From an uncultured bacterium (GTDB lineage Bacteria > Gemmatimonadota > Gemmatimonadetes > Gemmatimonadales > Gemmatimonadaceae): a DNA stretch of 54,902 nt. Shown one piece after another: positions 1-9,894 of the stretch. The translations under genes and the position numbers were made by a program. The stretch covers positions 1 to 54,902 of the forward strand of contig CAXBQP010000013.1 of the NCBI GenBank assembly GCA_963978095.1, in the 5' to 3' direction. Position 1 is the stretch's first letter. The number at the start of each line of letters is the position of its first letter. Under the pieces are notes generated by a model that worked only from the letters and a program-made list of their open reading frames with translations, ran no database searches and was not told where the DNA came from.

Positions 1-2
1 CG

Positions 3-1010
3 GTGTTCGTTTCGACCGCGCCGGACGTCGATGCCCGTGAGGCGGTCGCCGTCCTGCGCGGTACCTTGGCGGTGCCGACCCGCGGCTACCTGCGGGTCGC
101 ACCCGGCCAGTGGCGCACGGAGGGGAGCTTGGCCGCAGTATCGGAGGCCGACGTCCGACGCGCCTTCGGCGAGGCGTCGCTGGCCTTCCTCCACGGCGAT
201 ACTGCCATTTTCGGCGCGCCGCGGACGCTCACCCACGGGTCGCTGGCGCTCATGGCCCCGAGTGGGAGGACCGAGGAGTACTACGCGATGTCCGCGCCTG
301 CTTCACCATTGGCCGCGTCGCTCGGCACGCTGCCGTGGGATTCGCTCCCGCCGGTCGAGGTGGGCGAGCCGTCCAAGGACGCCGAGTGGACCGCCGTGAC
401 GGTGCGTCGTGCACGCCGTTTCGACGAGCGGCCGATGATCTCCGGCGTGACGTCGCCGCGACGCATCGCGGTGGTCCACGCGACCGGGATGTACCGCTGG
501 CGATTGCGGGGCGGGGCGAGCGCGGACGCGTTCACCGCCCTCTGGGGCTCGGTGTTCGACTGGATGACGGGGGAAGCGACCGACGACCGCGTGGCACGTC
601 CGGCCACGCCATGGGTACGGGCGGGCGAGCCGGTCCGGTGGCGGCGCGGCACGCCGCGCGACACGAGTGCCACGGTGATCCTGCGTCCGCGAGGCGGATC
701 CGCCGGGACAGCGGGTGCACGCGCTGACACGCTGACCTTGCATTTCACGGGCGCGACGGGGACCGCCGAGACGGCACCGTTGGCGGCGGGTGTGTACGAC
801 GTGCACAGCAGCTCCGGCGAGGGCTTGCTGGTCGTCAATGCATCGGCCGAGTGGTTGCCACGCAAGCCCACGGTCGTCTCGGGCGCGATCGGTGGCGGCG
901 CGCCATCGGACCGGGCGCCGCGCGCGCGCATGGCGTGGTGGCTCTACGCCCTCTTGCTGGGGGCGCTCTGCGCGGAATGGGTACTGCGGCGCACAGTCGG
1001 GCTTCGCTAG
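3..1010 (+). CDS. 5'-truncated hypothetical membrane-anchored protein (C-terminus typical of VWA/BatA-associated proteins)
   Basis: Open from window edge; C-terminal TM followed by EWVLRRTVGLR; stop 26 bp before ftsY. Confidence 0.65.
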   Translation: MFVSTAPDVDAREAVAVLRGTLAVPTRGYLRVAPGQWRTEGSLAAVSEADVRRAFGEASLAFLHGDTAIFGAPRTLTHGSLALMAPSGRTEEYYAMSAPASPLAASLGTLPWDSLPPVEVGEPSKDAEWTAVTVRRARRFDERPMISGVTSPRRIAVVHATGMYRWRLRGGASADAFTALWGSVFDWMTGEATDDRVARPATPWVRAGEPVRWRRGTPRDTSATVILRPRGGSAGTAGARADTLTLHFTGATGTAETAPLAAGVYDVHSSSGEGLLVVNASAEWLPRKPTVVSGAIGGGAPSDRAPRARMAWWLYALLLGALCAEWVLRRTVGLR

Positions 1011-1036
1011 GGCGCACCGCGGCACCAGATTTCATC

Positions 1037-1975
1037 ATGGCACTTTTTGGTCGGTCGTCATCGTCAGGGTTGGCCCCCACGCGCTCGCTCTGGCAGCGCA
1101 TCAAGGATGTCGCCCTCACCGACGTTGCCGTCCTCGCGCGCGGGGGCGTCGACGTCCGATCGCTGGAGGAGCTCGAGACGCTGTTGCTCGAGTCGGACTT
1201 CGGCGTGCCGGTCACGCTGCGTCTGGTCGCCGAGATCGAACGACGGGCGGCGAAGGGGGAGGTCCGATCCGGTGACGACTTTGCGCATGCGCTGCGGCAC
1301 GGCGTGAGTGCGGCGTTGCGCGCGGGGCGCAGCGATCCCGCCCTGGCCTTCGCCGCCGAGGGGCCGACGGTCATCCTTGTCCTTGGCGTCAACGGCGCGG
1401 GGAAGACGACCTTCATCGGCAAGCTCGCCGCGCGGTTGCAGGGCGAGGGCAAGCGGGTGTTGGTGGCGGCCGGGGACACCTTCCGGGCGGGGGCGATCGA
1501 CCAACTGCGCGTCTGGGCCGAGCGCACGGGCGCGGAGTTCGTGGCCGGCGCGCCCGGCGGCGATCCGGCGTCCGTGGCATACAACGCCATCGACGCGGGA
1601 ATCACGCGCGGCTGCGACGTCCTGCTGATCGATACCGCCGGCCGCCTGCACACCAGCGACGGGCTGATGGAGGAGCTGCGCAAGGTGGCCCGCGTCATCG
1701 CCAAGCGTCTGCCCGGGGCGCCGCACGAGTCGCTGCTCGTGCTCGACGGGACGATCGGCCAGAACGCGGTGGCGCAGGCCAAGGTGTTCAGCGCGTCAGT
1801 GCCGCTCTCCGGGGTGGTGGTCACGAAGCTCGATGGGACCGCGAAGGGGGGGGTCGTGCTCGCGGTGCATGAGGCCCTCGACGTGCCGATCAAGTTCGTC
1901 GGGACCGGCGAGCGCGTCGGGGACCTCGCACCGTTCGATCCAGATCGGTTCGCCGAGGAGTTGCTGCGGGAGTGA
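1037..1975 (+). CDS. ftsY: Signal recognition particle receptor FtsY (NG domain only)
   Basis: GVNGAGKTTFIGKLA, DTFRAGAIDQL, DTAGRL, TKLDGTAKGG motifs; start moved to ATG 1037 (MALFGR). Confidence 0.96.
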   Translation: MALFGRSSSSGLAPTRSLWQRIKDVALTDVAVLARGGVDVRSLEELETLLLESDFGVPVTLRLVAEIERRAAKGEVRSGDDFAHALRHGVSAALRAGRSDPALAFAAEGPTVILVLGVNGAGKTTFIGKLAARLQGEGKRVLVAAGDTFRAGAIDQLRVWAERTGAEFVAGAPGGDPASVAYNAIDAGITRGCDVLLIDTAGRLHTSDGLMEELRKVARVIAKRLPGAPHESLLVLDGTIGQNAVAQAKVFSASVPLSGVVVTKLDGTAKGGVVLAVHEALDVPIKFVGTGERVGDLAPFDPDRFAEELLRE

Positions 1976-4065
1976 GACGGCCACCCGTGGCGCGCGTCGC
2001 GCAGAGATCGCTCGACACCAACGTGACCTATCTGAGCGGTGTCGGGCCGGCGCGGGCCGACGCGCTCCGCAAGCTGGGGATTTTCACGGCACGCGAACTG
2101 TTCCTGCACGTTCCGCATCGGTACGAAGATGCGAGCACGGTGGCGCCGATCGCCAAGTTGCGGATCGGTGACGACGCGACGATCATCGGGACGGTGGTGT
2201 CCAAGGGCGTGCTGCCGACCCGCAAAGGCCTGCGGGTATTCCAGGCGGTGGTGCAGGACGAGAGCGGACTCATCGAGGCGTCCTGGCCGGGTCAGCCTTT
2301 CCTCGACCGGACCATCAAGAAGGGCGACATGCTCCTCCTGACCGGCCCGGTGCGGTTCTTCCACGGGCGCCAGATGGTCCCGCGCGAGTTCGTGAACCTT
2401 GGCGCGGAAGATACGGGGACGACCGGCGGGCGGGTGCTGTCGGTGTATCCCGCCACCGAGGGACTGTCGTTCAAGGTGATCCGGCAGCTCATCGACAAGC
2501 ATATCGATGACTATCTGCCGCTCTATGTGGAGCACTTGCCCGACTGGTTGTTGCAGGATGCAGAGGTACCGGCGTTGCCCGAGGCGCTGCGGTGCGTGCA
2601 CCGTCCGCGCTCGATCGCCGAAGCGGAGCGGGGGCGTGCCCGGCTCGCGTTCGAGGAGCTGCTCTCGGTGCACCTCCTGCAGGCACGGGCCAAGGCGCTC
2701 TCGCGCGAGCAGCGGCGCGGCACGGCGATGACGAATCGGCGTGCGCTCACCACGAAGCTCAAGCAGTCGCTCCCGTTCGAGCTCACCGGGGCGCAGACGC
2801 GCGCCGTCCGCGAGATCGTCGCCGACATGTGCAGCGATCGGCGCATGCACCGACTGCTGCAAGGAGACGTCGGGAGCGGCAAGACGATCGTCGCGCTGTT
2901 CGCGGCCATGCTCGCGATCGAGAACGGGTTCCAGGTCGCGGTGATGGCGCCGACCGAGCTTCTCGCCGAGCAGCATGCGCGCACCTTCGAACGGATGCTG
3001 CAGCCGCTCGGCATCTCCCCGATGCTGCTCACCGGCTCGCTGGGCGCCAAGGCACGCCGCGCCGCCGCCACCCGACTTGCGAGCGAGGAGCCGGTGCTGG
3101 TCGTCGGGACGCACGCGCTGGTGCAGGAATCGACGATGTTCGCGAAGCTCGGGCTTGCGGTGGTGGATGAGCAGCATCGGTTCGGCGTCGAGCAACGGAA
3201 CGCGCTTGGCAAGAAGGGCTCGCGTCCCGACACCTTGTTGATGTCGGCGACGCCGATCCCGCGCTCGCTCGCGCTCACGTTGTACGGTGACCTCGATGTG
3301 AGCATCCTCGACGAGCGGCCGCCGGGGCGCCAGCCGGTGACCACCGCGCGCCGCAGCGAGAAGGCGCGGGCGAAGGTCTTCAGCTTCGTCGAGGCCCAGA
3401 TCGCGCTCGGGCGTCAGGCCTACATCGTGCTGCCGCTGATCGACGAAAGCGAAAAGGTCGAACTTCGCGCGGCCACGCAGGCCTTCGAGGAGTTGCGCGC
3501 CGGCCACTTCGCCCATCGCCGGATGGCATTGTTGCATGGGCGCCAGCCCGCCGAGGAGAAGGACGCCACGATGCGCGCGTTTCGCGACGGGGAGATCGAC
3601 CTGCTGGTCTCCACGACGGTGATCGAGGTGGGGATCGACGTCGCCAATGCGACGGTCATGCTGATCGAGCACCCCGAGCGGTTCGGGCTGTCGCAGTTGC
3701 ATCAGCTGCGCGGTCGCGTGGGCCGCGGCGCCGAGGAGTCATTCTGCATCCTGTTGGGGGATGTGAGTCCGGAAGCGGCGGAGCGACTCGACATCTTCGT
3801 CGGGACGGAGGACGGGTTCGAGATTGCGCGTGAGGATCTGCGGATGCGCGGCATGGGCGACCTGTTCGGCGAGCGGCAGCACGGGGAGGCGATGTTCAGG
3901 GTCGCCGACCCGCTCCGCGACGTGGCGTTGAGCGACGTGGCGCGGCGCGGCGCGGCGCAGTTGCTGACCATGGATCCCGATCTTTCGAAGCCGGAGCACA
4001 AGGCGCTGAACGCCGTGCTCAGGCGCAGCTATTCCAAGGCGCTGGAACTCTTCCGGGTCGGCTGA
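1972..4065 (+). CDS. recG: ATP-dependent DNA helicase RecG
   Basis: LLQGDVGSGKT, DEQHRFGV, MSATPIPRSL, QLHQLRGRVGRG; GTGA overlap with ftsY. Confidence 0.97.
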   Translation: MRRPPVARVAQRSLDTNVTYLSGVGPARADALRKLGIFTARELFLHVPHRYEDASTVAPIAKLRIGDDATIIGTVVSKGVLPTRKGLRVFQAVVQDESGLIEASWPGQPFLDRTIKKGDMLLLTGPVRFFHGRQMVPREFVNLGAEDTGTTGGRVLSVYPATEGLSFKVIRQLIDKHIDDYLPLYVEHLPDWLLQDAEVPALPEALRCVHRPRSIAEAERGRARLAFEELLSVHLLQARAKALSREQRRGTAMTNRRALTTKLKQSLPFELTGAQTRAVREIVADMCSDRRMHRLLQGDVGSGKTIVALFAAMLAIENGFQVAVMAPTELLAEQHARTFERMLQPLGISPMLLTGSLGAKARRAAATRLASEEPVLVVGTHALVQESTMFAKLGLAVVDEQHRFGVEQRNALGKKGSRPDTLLMSATPIPRSLALTLYGDLDVSILDERPPGRQPVTTARRSEKARAKVFSFVEAQIALGRQAYIVLPLIDESEKVELRAATQAFEELRAGHFAHRRMALLHGRQPAEEKDATMRAFRDGEIDLLVSTTVIEVGIDVANATVMLIEHPERFGLSQLHQLRGRVGRGAEESFCILLGDVSPEAAERLDIFVGTEDGFEIAREDLRMRGMGDLFGERQHGEAMFRVADPLRDVALSDVARRGAAQLLTMDPDLSKPEHKALNAVLRRSYSKALELFRVG

Positions 4066-4184
4066 CGTGCCGTGCCGGACCCCGCGCGGGACCCCGGCTC
4101 CGCCGCCGGGGGTTCGCCCCTCTCGGGAACCGCTTAGATTCCTGAGGTTCCTTCGCGAAGATCCCTCAGCCCGTGGTCGCCTTC

Positions 4185-5510
4185 ATGCGCAAACTGTTCG
4201 CTCTGACCGGAATCGGTGCCGCCGTCGCGGTCCTCGTCGCCAGCAACCTCGTCCGTCCCGCCGTCGCGGCGCCGCCTGCCACGGCACCGCGCGCCGTGCC
4301 CTGTGATGCCGATAACGCGAACCTGACGCTGCCGGCCGGATTCTGCGCGACGGTCTTCGTGTCCTCCGTCGCGGCCCCGCGCCACATGGTGGTCGCGCCG
4401 AACGGTGATGTGCTCGTGATCGGCAACAGCGTGCGCGCCAATGCGGAATCGGGCGGCGGCATGGTAGGCTCCGGCCTCTACCTGCTGCGCGATGCGAACA
4501 AGGACGGCAAGGCGGAGTTGGTCAAGAAGCTGGCCACGGGAAGCGGGTCGGGGATCGCGCTCGCCAACGGGTACATCTACCACTCGAGCGCTCGCACCAT
4601 CGTGCGCGAGAAGTACACGGTGGGTGACACGGTGGTCGGTCCGACGGAGATCGTGATCGAAGGTTTGTATGCCGGTGGCCACACCGCCAACAACTTCGTC
4701 ATCCTCGGCACGACGTTGTACCTGAACATCGGATCGGGCACCAACTCGTGTCAGGAAAACGACCGGAAGCCGCAGTCGAAGGGGATCGATCCCTGCATCG
4801 AACTCGAGACGCGCGCCGGCGTGTGGAGCTTCGACGCCAACAAGCTCGGTCAGAAGGTGACCGACGGCGTGCGGTTCGCCACCGGCATGCGCAACTCCGT
4901 CTCGCTGACCGTGAATCCCGCCGACAAGTCGCTGTGGGCGACCATGCACGGCCGCGACGGTCTGCAGGCGCCGCCGGTGGGGCAGTGGACGCGCACCAAC
5001 GAGTACGGTTCCGAGAACCCTGGCGAGCAGGTGAACCACATCGTGAAGGGGGCGGACTTCGCCTGGCCCTACTGCTACTACTCGACGGAAGAGAAGAAGT
5101 ACGTGACGGCGCCCGAATACGGCGGCGATGGCAAGGAGTCCTCGCGCTGCGGCGGCAAGTCACAGCCGGCCTACGTGTTCCCGGCGCACTGGGCGCCGAA
5201 CGACATGCTGTTCTACACCGGGAGCGTCTTCCCGGCGAGCTACAAGAACGGCGCGTTCATCGCCTTCCACGGCTCGTGGAACCGTGCCCCGCTCCCGCAG
5301 CAGGGGTTCCGCGTGGTCTTCCTGCCCTTGACGAACAACAAGGGCGGCACGCATCAGGACTTCGCCATCGACTTCAGCAACAACGGTGGCCCGGGGAAGG
5401 ACGGCAAGTTGCACCGCCCGACCGGGCTCGCGCAGGGAACCGACGGTTCGCTCTATATCGCCGACGACGTCGGGGGCCTCATCTACAAGGTCAGTTACAA
5501 GGGGAAGTGA
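4185..5510 (+). CDS. Secreted PQQ-dependent sugar / L-sorbosone dehydrogenase family beta-propeller
   Basis: Signal peptide; LTLPAGF, ATGMRNSV, FPAHWAP, AFHGSWNR, RPTGLAQGTDGSLYIADD motifs. Confidence 0.85.
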   Translation: MRKLFALTGIGAAVAVLVASNLVRPAVAAPPATAPRAVPCDADNANLTLPAGFCATVFVSSVAAPRHMVVAPNGDVLVIGNSVRANAESGGGMVGSGLYLLRDANKDGKAELVKKLATGSGSGIALANGYIYHSSARTIVREKYTVGDTVVGPTEIVIEGLYAGGHTANNFVILGTTLYLNIGSGTNSCQENDRKPQSKGIDPCIELETRAGVWSFDANKLGQKVTDGVRFATGMRNSVSLTVNPADKSLWATMHGRDGLQAPPVGQWTRTNEYGSENPGEQVNHIVKGADFAWPYCYYSTEEKKYVTAPEYGGDGKESSRCGGKSQPAYVFPAHWAPNDMLFYTGSVFPASYKNGAFIAFHGSWNRAPLPQQGFRVVFLPLTNNKGGTHQDFAIDFSNNGGPGKDGKLHRPTGLAQGTDGSLYIADDVGGLIYKVSYKGK

Positions 5511-6808
5511 TGTCCGCCTCGGCTCGTATCTCCGAACTCGGCGCCCACGTCGGCGCTGCGGTCACCGTCCGCGGATGGGTGACGCACCTGCGTTCGTCCG
5601 GAAAGGTCGCCTTCATCGTGTTGCGTGATGGCACCGGCATCCTCCAAACGGTGCTCGTCAAGAATCAGGTGTCCTCCGAGGTGTGGGATCGCTTCGCCGC
5701 ACTCACGCAGGAGAGCTGCCTGGCCGTGACCGGCGAGGTGAAGCCCGACGCGCGTGCGCCGGGCGGCTACGAGCTGGGGCTGACCAACGTCGAGATCATC
5801 GGCGCGAGCCCGCTGGACTACCCGATCCAGCCCAAGGAGCACGGCGTCGATTTCCTGCTCGACAACCGTCATTTCTGGCTGCGCTCACCGCGTCAGGTTG
5901 CGATCATGCGCATCCGGAACGAGATCGAGATGGCGATCCACGATTTCTTCTATGAGCGCGGCTTCCTGCGCGTGGATACTCCGATCCTGACCGCCGCGAT
6001 CGGCGAGCGGAGCGGACTCTTCTCCACGGAGTATTTCGAGGAAGGGAACGCGTACCTCGCGCAGACAGGGCAGCTCTATGGCGAAGCCGCCGCGGCGGCG
6101 TTCGGCAAGATCTACACCTTCGGCCCGACGTTCCGCGCCGAGAAGAGCAAGACGCGTCGGCATCTCACCGAGTTCTGGATGATCGAACCCGAGGTGGCGT
6201 TCGCCGACACGCACGACAACATGCGGCTCCAGGAGGATTTCGTCTCGTTCCTCGTACAGCGCGTGGTCGAGCGTCGGAAGGACGAGCTCAAGGAGCTCGA
6301 GCGCGACATCACGAAGCTCGAGAACATCACGGCCCCGTTCCCGCGGATCGACTACACCGACGCCGTCGCCACGCTGCAGAAGAAAGGGAGCCGCGTGCAA
6401 TGGGGGGATGACCTCGGTGCCGAGGATGAGGCGCTGCTCGTGGAGGACTACGACCGTCCGATCTTCATCATGAACTATCCGAAGGAGGCCAAGGCCTTCT
6501 ACATGAAGGAGAATCCGGATGATCCGCGCACGGTGCTCTGCGACGATTGCCTCGCCCCGGAAGGCTACGGCGAGATCATCGGCGGGTCGCAGCGCGAGGA
6601 CGACTACGAGAAGATCCTCCACCGCATCCGCGAGGAGAAGTTGCCTGAGGAGGCGTACGACTGGTATCTCGCGCTGCGGAAGTACGGCACCTTCCCGCAC
6701 TCCGGGTTCGGGCTCGGTCTCGAGCGCACGGTGGCGTGGATCTGCGGCACTCCGCACATCCGCGAGTGCATCCCGTTTCCACGCATGATGCACCGGTTGC
6801 GCCCGTAG
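5510..6808 (+). CDS. asnS: Asparagine--tRNA ligase
   Basis: OB fold VTVRGWV..LRDGTG; FGPTFRAEKSKTRRHLTEFWMIEPE; GFGLGLER; TGATG overlap with upstream gene. Confidence 0.96.
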   Translation: MSASARISELGAHVGAAVTVRGWVTHLRSSGKVAFIVLRDGTGILQTVLVKNQVSSEVWDRFAALTQESCLAVTGEVKPDARAPGGYELGLTNVEIIGASPLDYPIQPKEHGVDFLLDNRHFWLRSPRQVAIMRIRNEIEMAIHDFFYERGFLRVDTPILTAAIGERSGLFSTEYFEEGNAYLAQTGQLYGEAAAAAFGKIYTFGPTFRAEKSKTRRHLTEFWMIEPEVAFADTHDNMRLQEDFVSFLVQRVVERRKDELKELERDITKLENITAPFPRIDYTDAVATLQKKGSRVQWGDDLGAEDEALLVEDYDRPIFIMNYPKEAKAFYMKENPDDPRTVLCDDCLAPEGYGEIIGGSQREDDYEKILHRIREEKLPEEAYDWYLALRKYGTFPHSGFGLGLERTVAWICGTPHIRECIPFPRMMHRLRP

Positions 6809-6812
6809 GGCG

Positions 6813-7607
6813 CTACTCGCTCGCCTTCACCTCGTCCCAGATCGGGTCGAGGACATCGAGCCCGGCGGTCCTCACGTCGATGCCGCGACCATGTGCGATC
6901 CGCTCGACGGCCTCGAAACGCCGCTGGAACTTGGCATTGGCCTTGTCCAGCGCGAGGGCGGGGTGCGTGCCGGCCTTCCGGCAGACGTTTACCACGGCGA
7001 AGAGCAGGTCGCCGAGTTCCGCTTCGAGTTGTTCGTGGCGGGGGTCGCCACTCGGCACGCCGTGCGTCTCGAAGATCGCACCGTGTGTCGCGATCACCTC
7101 TTCGACTTCCGCCAACTCCTCGCGGACCTTGTCGATCGGGCCACGCACGTCCGGCCAGTCGAAGCCGACACCGGCGGCGCGTTCCTGCAGCCGATGTGCG
7201 CGGTGCAGCGACGGGAGTCCTGCCGGGAGCCCGTCCGCGAGTGACGCCCGCGTTTTGGACTTCATCTGTTCCCACGGCTCTCGCGCCGGCGCGTCGCCAT
7301 ACAGCCACGGGTGGCGGACGACCATCTTGTGGACGAGTGACCCTGCGACGTCGTGGATGTCGAACGCCCCCCGCTCTTCCGCGATGATCGCATGGAACAA
7401 CACTTGGAGGAGAACGTCGCCGAGTTCGCTGCGCAGCTCGGCGTCGTTGCCGGCGCGAATCGCATCGTCCAGTTCGTGCGCCTCCTCGCTCAGGTAGGGG
7501 CGCAGCGAGTCGTGCGTTTGGGCGCGATCCCAGGCATCACGCGTCCGCAGATCACGCATGATGGCAAGGGCGTCGTCGAGTGATTTTTTGGGCTGGTCGT
7601 CTTGCAT
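6813..7607 (-). CDS. mazG: Nucleoside triphosphate pyrophosphohydrolase MazG
   Basis: WDRAQTHDSLRPYLSEEAHEL, ELGDVLLQVLFHA, GFDWP, ELGDLLF, KFQRRF; start at MQDDQPKK. Confidence 0.93.
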   Translation of the reverse strand: MQDDQPKKSLDDALAIMRDLRTRDAWDRAQTHDSLRPYLSEEAHELDDAIRAGNDAELRSELGDVLLQVLFHAIIAEERGAFDIHDVAGSLVHKMVVRHPWLYGDAPAREPWEQMKSKTRASLADGLPAGLPSLHRAHRLQERAAGVGFDWPDVRGPIDKVREELAEVEEVIATHGAIFETHGVPSGDPRHEQLEAELGDLLFAVVNVCRKAGTHPALALDKANAKFQRRFEAVERIAHGRGIDVRTAGLDVLDPIWDEVKASE

Positions 7608-7643
7608 GGCTATCGAGCGCTCCCTAGCTTCCGAGGTCTGGGA

Positions 7644-8723
7644 ATGACCGTGCAATCTATAGAGTCCTCTCGCGTGCGCGCTTGGGTCGATGTCGATCTC
7701 GGCGCGCTGCGTCGCAATGGGGAGCTGCTGGCCCGGCATGCCGGGGTTCCGCTCCTCCCCATGATCAAGGCCGATGCCTACGGCTTGGGCGCGGCCCAGG
7801 TGGCGCACGCCCTTGAACCACTGCCTGTGGCCGGCTTCGGTGTCGCCACGGTTCGTGAGGGGGAGGAACTCCGCGCGCTCGGCGTGCAACGTCCGGTGCT
7901 GATTTTTTCGCCGCTCACTCCCGCGGACCTGATGTTGGCGCGACACGCGGGATTGACGCCGACGCTCGGGAGCGCGGCCGCGATTGCCGCCTGGCGTGAG
8001 CAGGGAGGCGGCGACTGGCATCTGGCGATCGATACCGGCATGCATCGCGCGGGTGTGCGCTGGGATGCCATCGGCGTGCTCGCCGACGTGCTGCGCGCCG
8101 CACCCCCGGCTGGAGCCTTCACGCATTTCCACTCATCCGAGCTCGACGATGGATCCATGGAGGTGCAGGAGCAGCGCTTCCGCGACGCGATCGCGGCGCT
8201 CCCGGCGCGCCCGGCCGTCCTGCATGCCGACAACAGCGCCGCCATCGCGCGTCGGTCGCCGTGCCGGTGGGACATGGTGCGTCCCGGAGTCTTCCTCTAC
8301 GGCGTGGGCTCGGGGGCGGCGCTGCAGCCGGAGCCGGTGGCGCACGTGCGCGCGCGCGTGGTGGAGCTGCGATCCGTGAGGGCGGGGGAGTCGGTGAGCT
8401 ACGACGCCCGCTGGCGGGCGTCGCGCGATTCCACGATCGCCACCATCCCCCTCGGCTATGCGGACGGATACCGTCGCTCGCTCAGCAATGTCGGTGCGGC
8501 GATCCTCAACGGGCGCTCGGTCCGGGTCGCGGGGAATGTCACCATGGATATGACGATGCTGGACGTGACCGACGTGCCCTGCGCCGCGGGGGATATCGTC
8601 ACGGTCATGGGCCGCGCCGACGCCCAACTGGTGACTGCGGAGGAAGTCGGCGCGGCCTGCGGATTGAGCCCGTACGAGCTACTGACCGGTCTCCGCCAGC
8701 GACTGCCGAGGGTGTATGGCTGA
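7644..8723 (+). CDS. alr: Alanine racemase
   Basis: PLP lysine KADAYGLG, IDTGMHRAG, VRPGVFLYG, GYADGY, GNVTMDM; start ATG 7644 or GTG 7650. Confidence 0.95.
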   Translation: MTVQSIESSRVRAWVDVDLGALRRNGELLARHAGVPLLPMIKADAYGLGAAQVAHALEPLPVAGFGVATVREGEELRALGVQRPVLIFSPLTPADLMLARHAGLTPTLGSAAAIAAWREQGGGDWHLAIDTGMHRAGVRWDAIGVLADVLRAAPPAGAFTHFHSSELDDGSMEVQEQRFRDAIAALPARPAVLHADNSAAIARRSPCRWDMVRPGVFLYGVGSGAALQPEPVAHVRARVVELRSVRAGESVSYDARWRASRDSTIATIPLGYADGYRRSLSNVGAAILNGRSVRVAGNVTMDMTMLDVTDVPCAAGDIVTVMGRADAQLVTAEEVGAACGLSPYELLTGLRQRLPRVYG

Positions 8724-9894
8724 TATCGGGCGACGGGCGGCACTCATCGTGCTGGACGGTGTCGGGATCGGCGCAGCGCTCGACGCGGCCGCGTACGGGG
8801 ATCTGGGGAGCGACACGCTCGGGAACATCGCGCGGGCGGTGGGCGGTCTGCAGCTTCCGAACCTTGAGGCGGCGGGGCTTGGCTGCATCCGTCCGCTCCC
8901 CGGCATGCCGGCGGTGCCGGCACCCACGATGGCCTACGGCGCGCTGCGGCCGCAGTCCAAGGGAAAGGACAGCACCACCGGGCATTGGGAACTCGCGGGG
9001 CTGCATTTGACGGAGCCTTTTCCGACGTACCCGCACGGATTTCCGCCCGAGGTGATCGCGGAGTTTGCCGCGCGCACCGGGCGCGCCGTGATTGGGAACG
9101 AGGTGGGGAGTGGCACGGCGATGCTCGATCGTTGGGGCGATGCCCATGTGGGCACCGGGGCGTGGATCGTGTATACGTCCGCGGATTCCGTGTTCCAGAT
9201 CGCGGCGCACGAGGGAGTGGTACCGCTCGCGGAGTTGTATGCCGCCTGCGAACTGGCCCGCGCGATGCTGGTCGCGCCCCATAACTGCTCCCGGGTGATC
9301 GCGCGGCCCTTCACGGGGACGAGCGGCAACTGGCAACGGACTTCGCATCGGCGCGACTACTCGATCGCACCACCGGGTGAGACGCTGCTGGATGCCCTGT
9401 CGGCGGCCGGGATTCCGCGAACCGGGGTGGGCAAGGTGGACGACTTGTTCGCCCGGCGGGGGCTGGAAGGGGGGCACACCACGGGAAATCCGGACGGAAT
9501 AGCCCGAATCGGCGACTGGCTGGCCTCGGGAAGTGGGTTCCTGTTCGCCAACCTAGTAGATTTCGACCAACTATACGGGCACCGAAACGATGTTTCGGGG
9601 TTCTACAACGCGTTGCAGGCCTTTGACGCGGCACTGCCCGCTTTGGTGTCCGCCCTCCACGAGGATGATGTGCTGCTGATTACCGCCGACCACGGGAACG
9701 ACCCAACCACGCGTTCGTCCGACCACGCCAGGGAGAATGTCCCCGTGCTGGCCGCCGGCGCGCGGGTTCGCCCCGTGGCACTCGGCGATCGGTCGACGTT
9801 CTCCGACGTCGGGGCGACCGTGGCCGACTGGTTCGGCCTGTCCTTCCGCGGGAAGGGGCAGTCGTTTCTGGACCTCATGGCGGTGGGCGCGTGA
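8716..9894 (+). CDS. deoB: Phosphopentomutase
   Basis: IVLDGVGIG, GKDSTTGHWE, YTSADSVFQIAAHE, RVIARPF, NLVDFDQLYGHRND, TADHGNDPT. Confidence 0.96.
   Translation: MADIGRRAALIVLDGVGIGAALDAAAYGDLGSDTLGNIARAVGGLQLPNLEAAGLGCIRPLPGMPAVPAPTMAYGALRPQSKGKDSTTGHWELAGLHLTEPFPTYPHGFPPEVIAEFAARTGRAVIGNEVGSGTAMLDRWGDAHVGTGAWIVYTSADSVFQIAAHEGVVPLAELYAACELARAMLVAPHNCSRVIARPFTGTSGNWQRTSHRRDYSIAPPGETLLDALSAAGIPRTGVGKVDDLFARRGLEGGHTTGNPDGIARIGDWLASGSGFLFANLVDFDQLYGHRNDVSGFYNALQAFDAALPALVSALHEDDVLLITADHGNDPTTRSSDHARENVPVLAAGARVRPVALGDRSTFSDVGATVADWFGLSFRGKGQSFLDLMAVGA

Noticed and set aside
835..3702. Long antisense ORFs (955 aa here; also 13036-15117, 21819-23780, 45158-47089, 47588-49849 and others)
   Set aside because: Shadow frames of well-supported genes in high-GC DNA; no recognisable motifs
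4748..5509. Apparent N-terminal extensions of asnS, mazG, argS, mutase, tadA (50479 start) and the peptidase (53334 start)
   Set aside because: Upstream parts overlap other genes or tRNAs and are low-complexity; downstream starts match family N-termini
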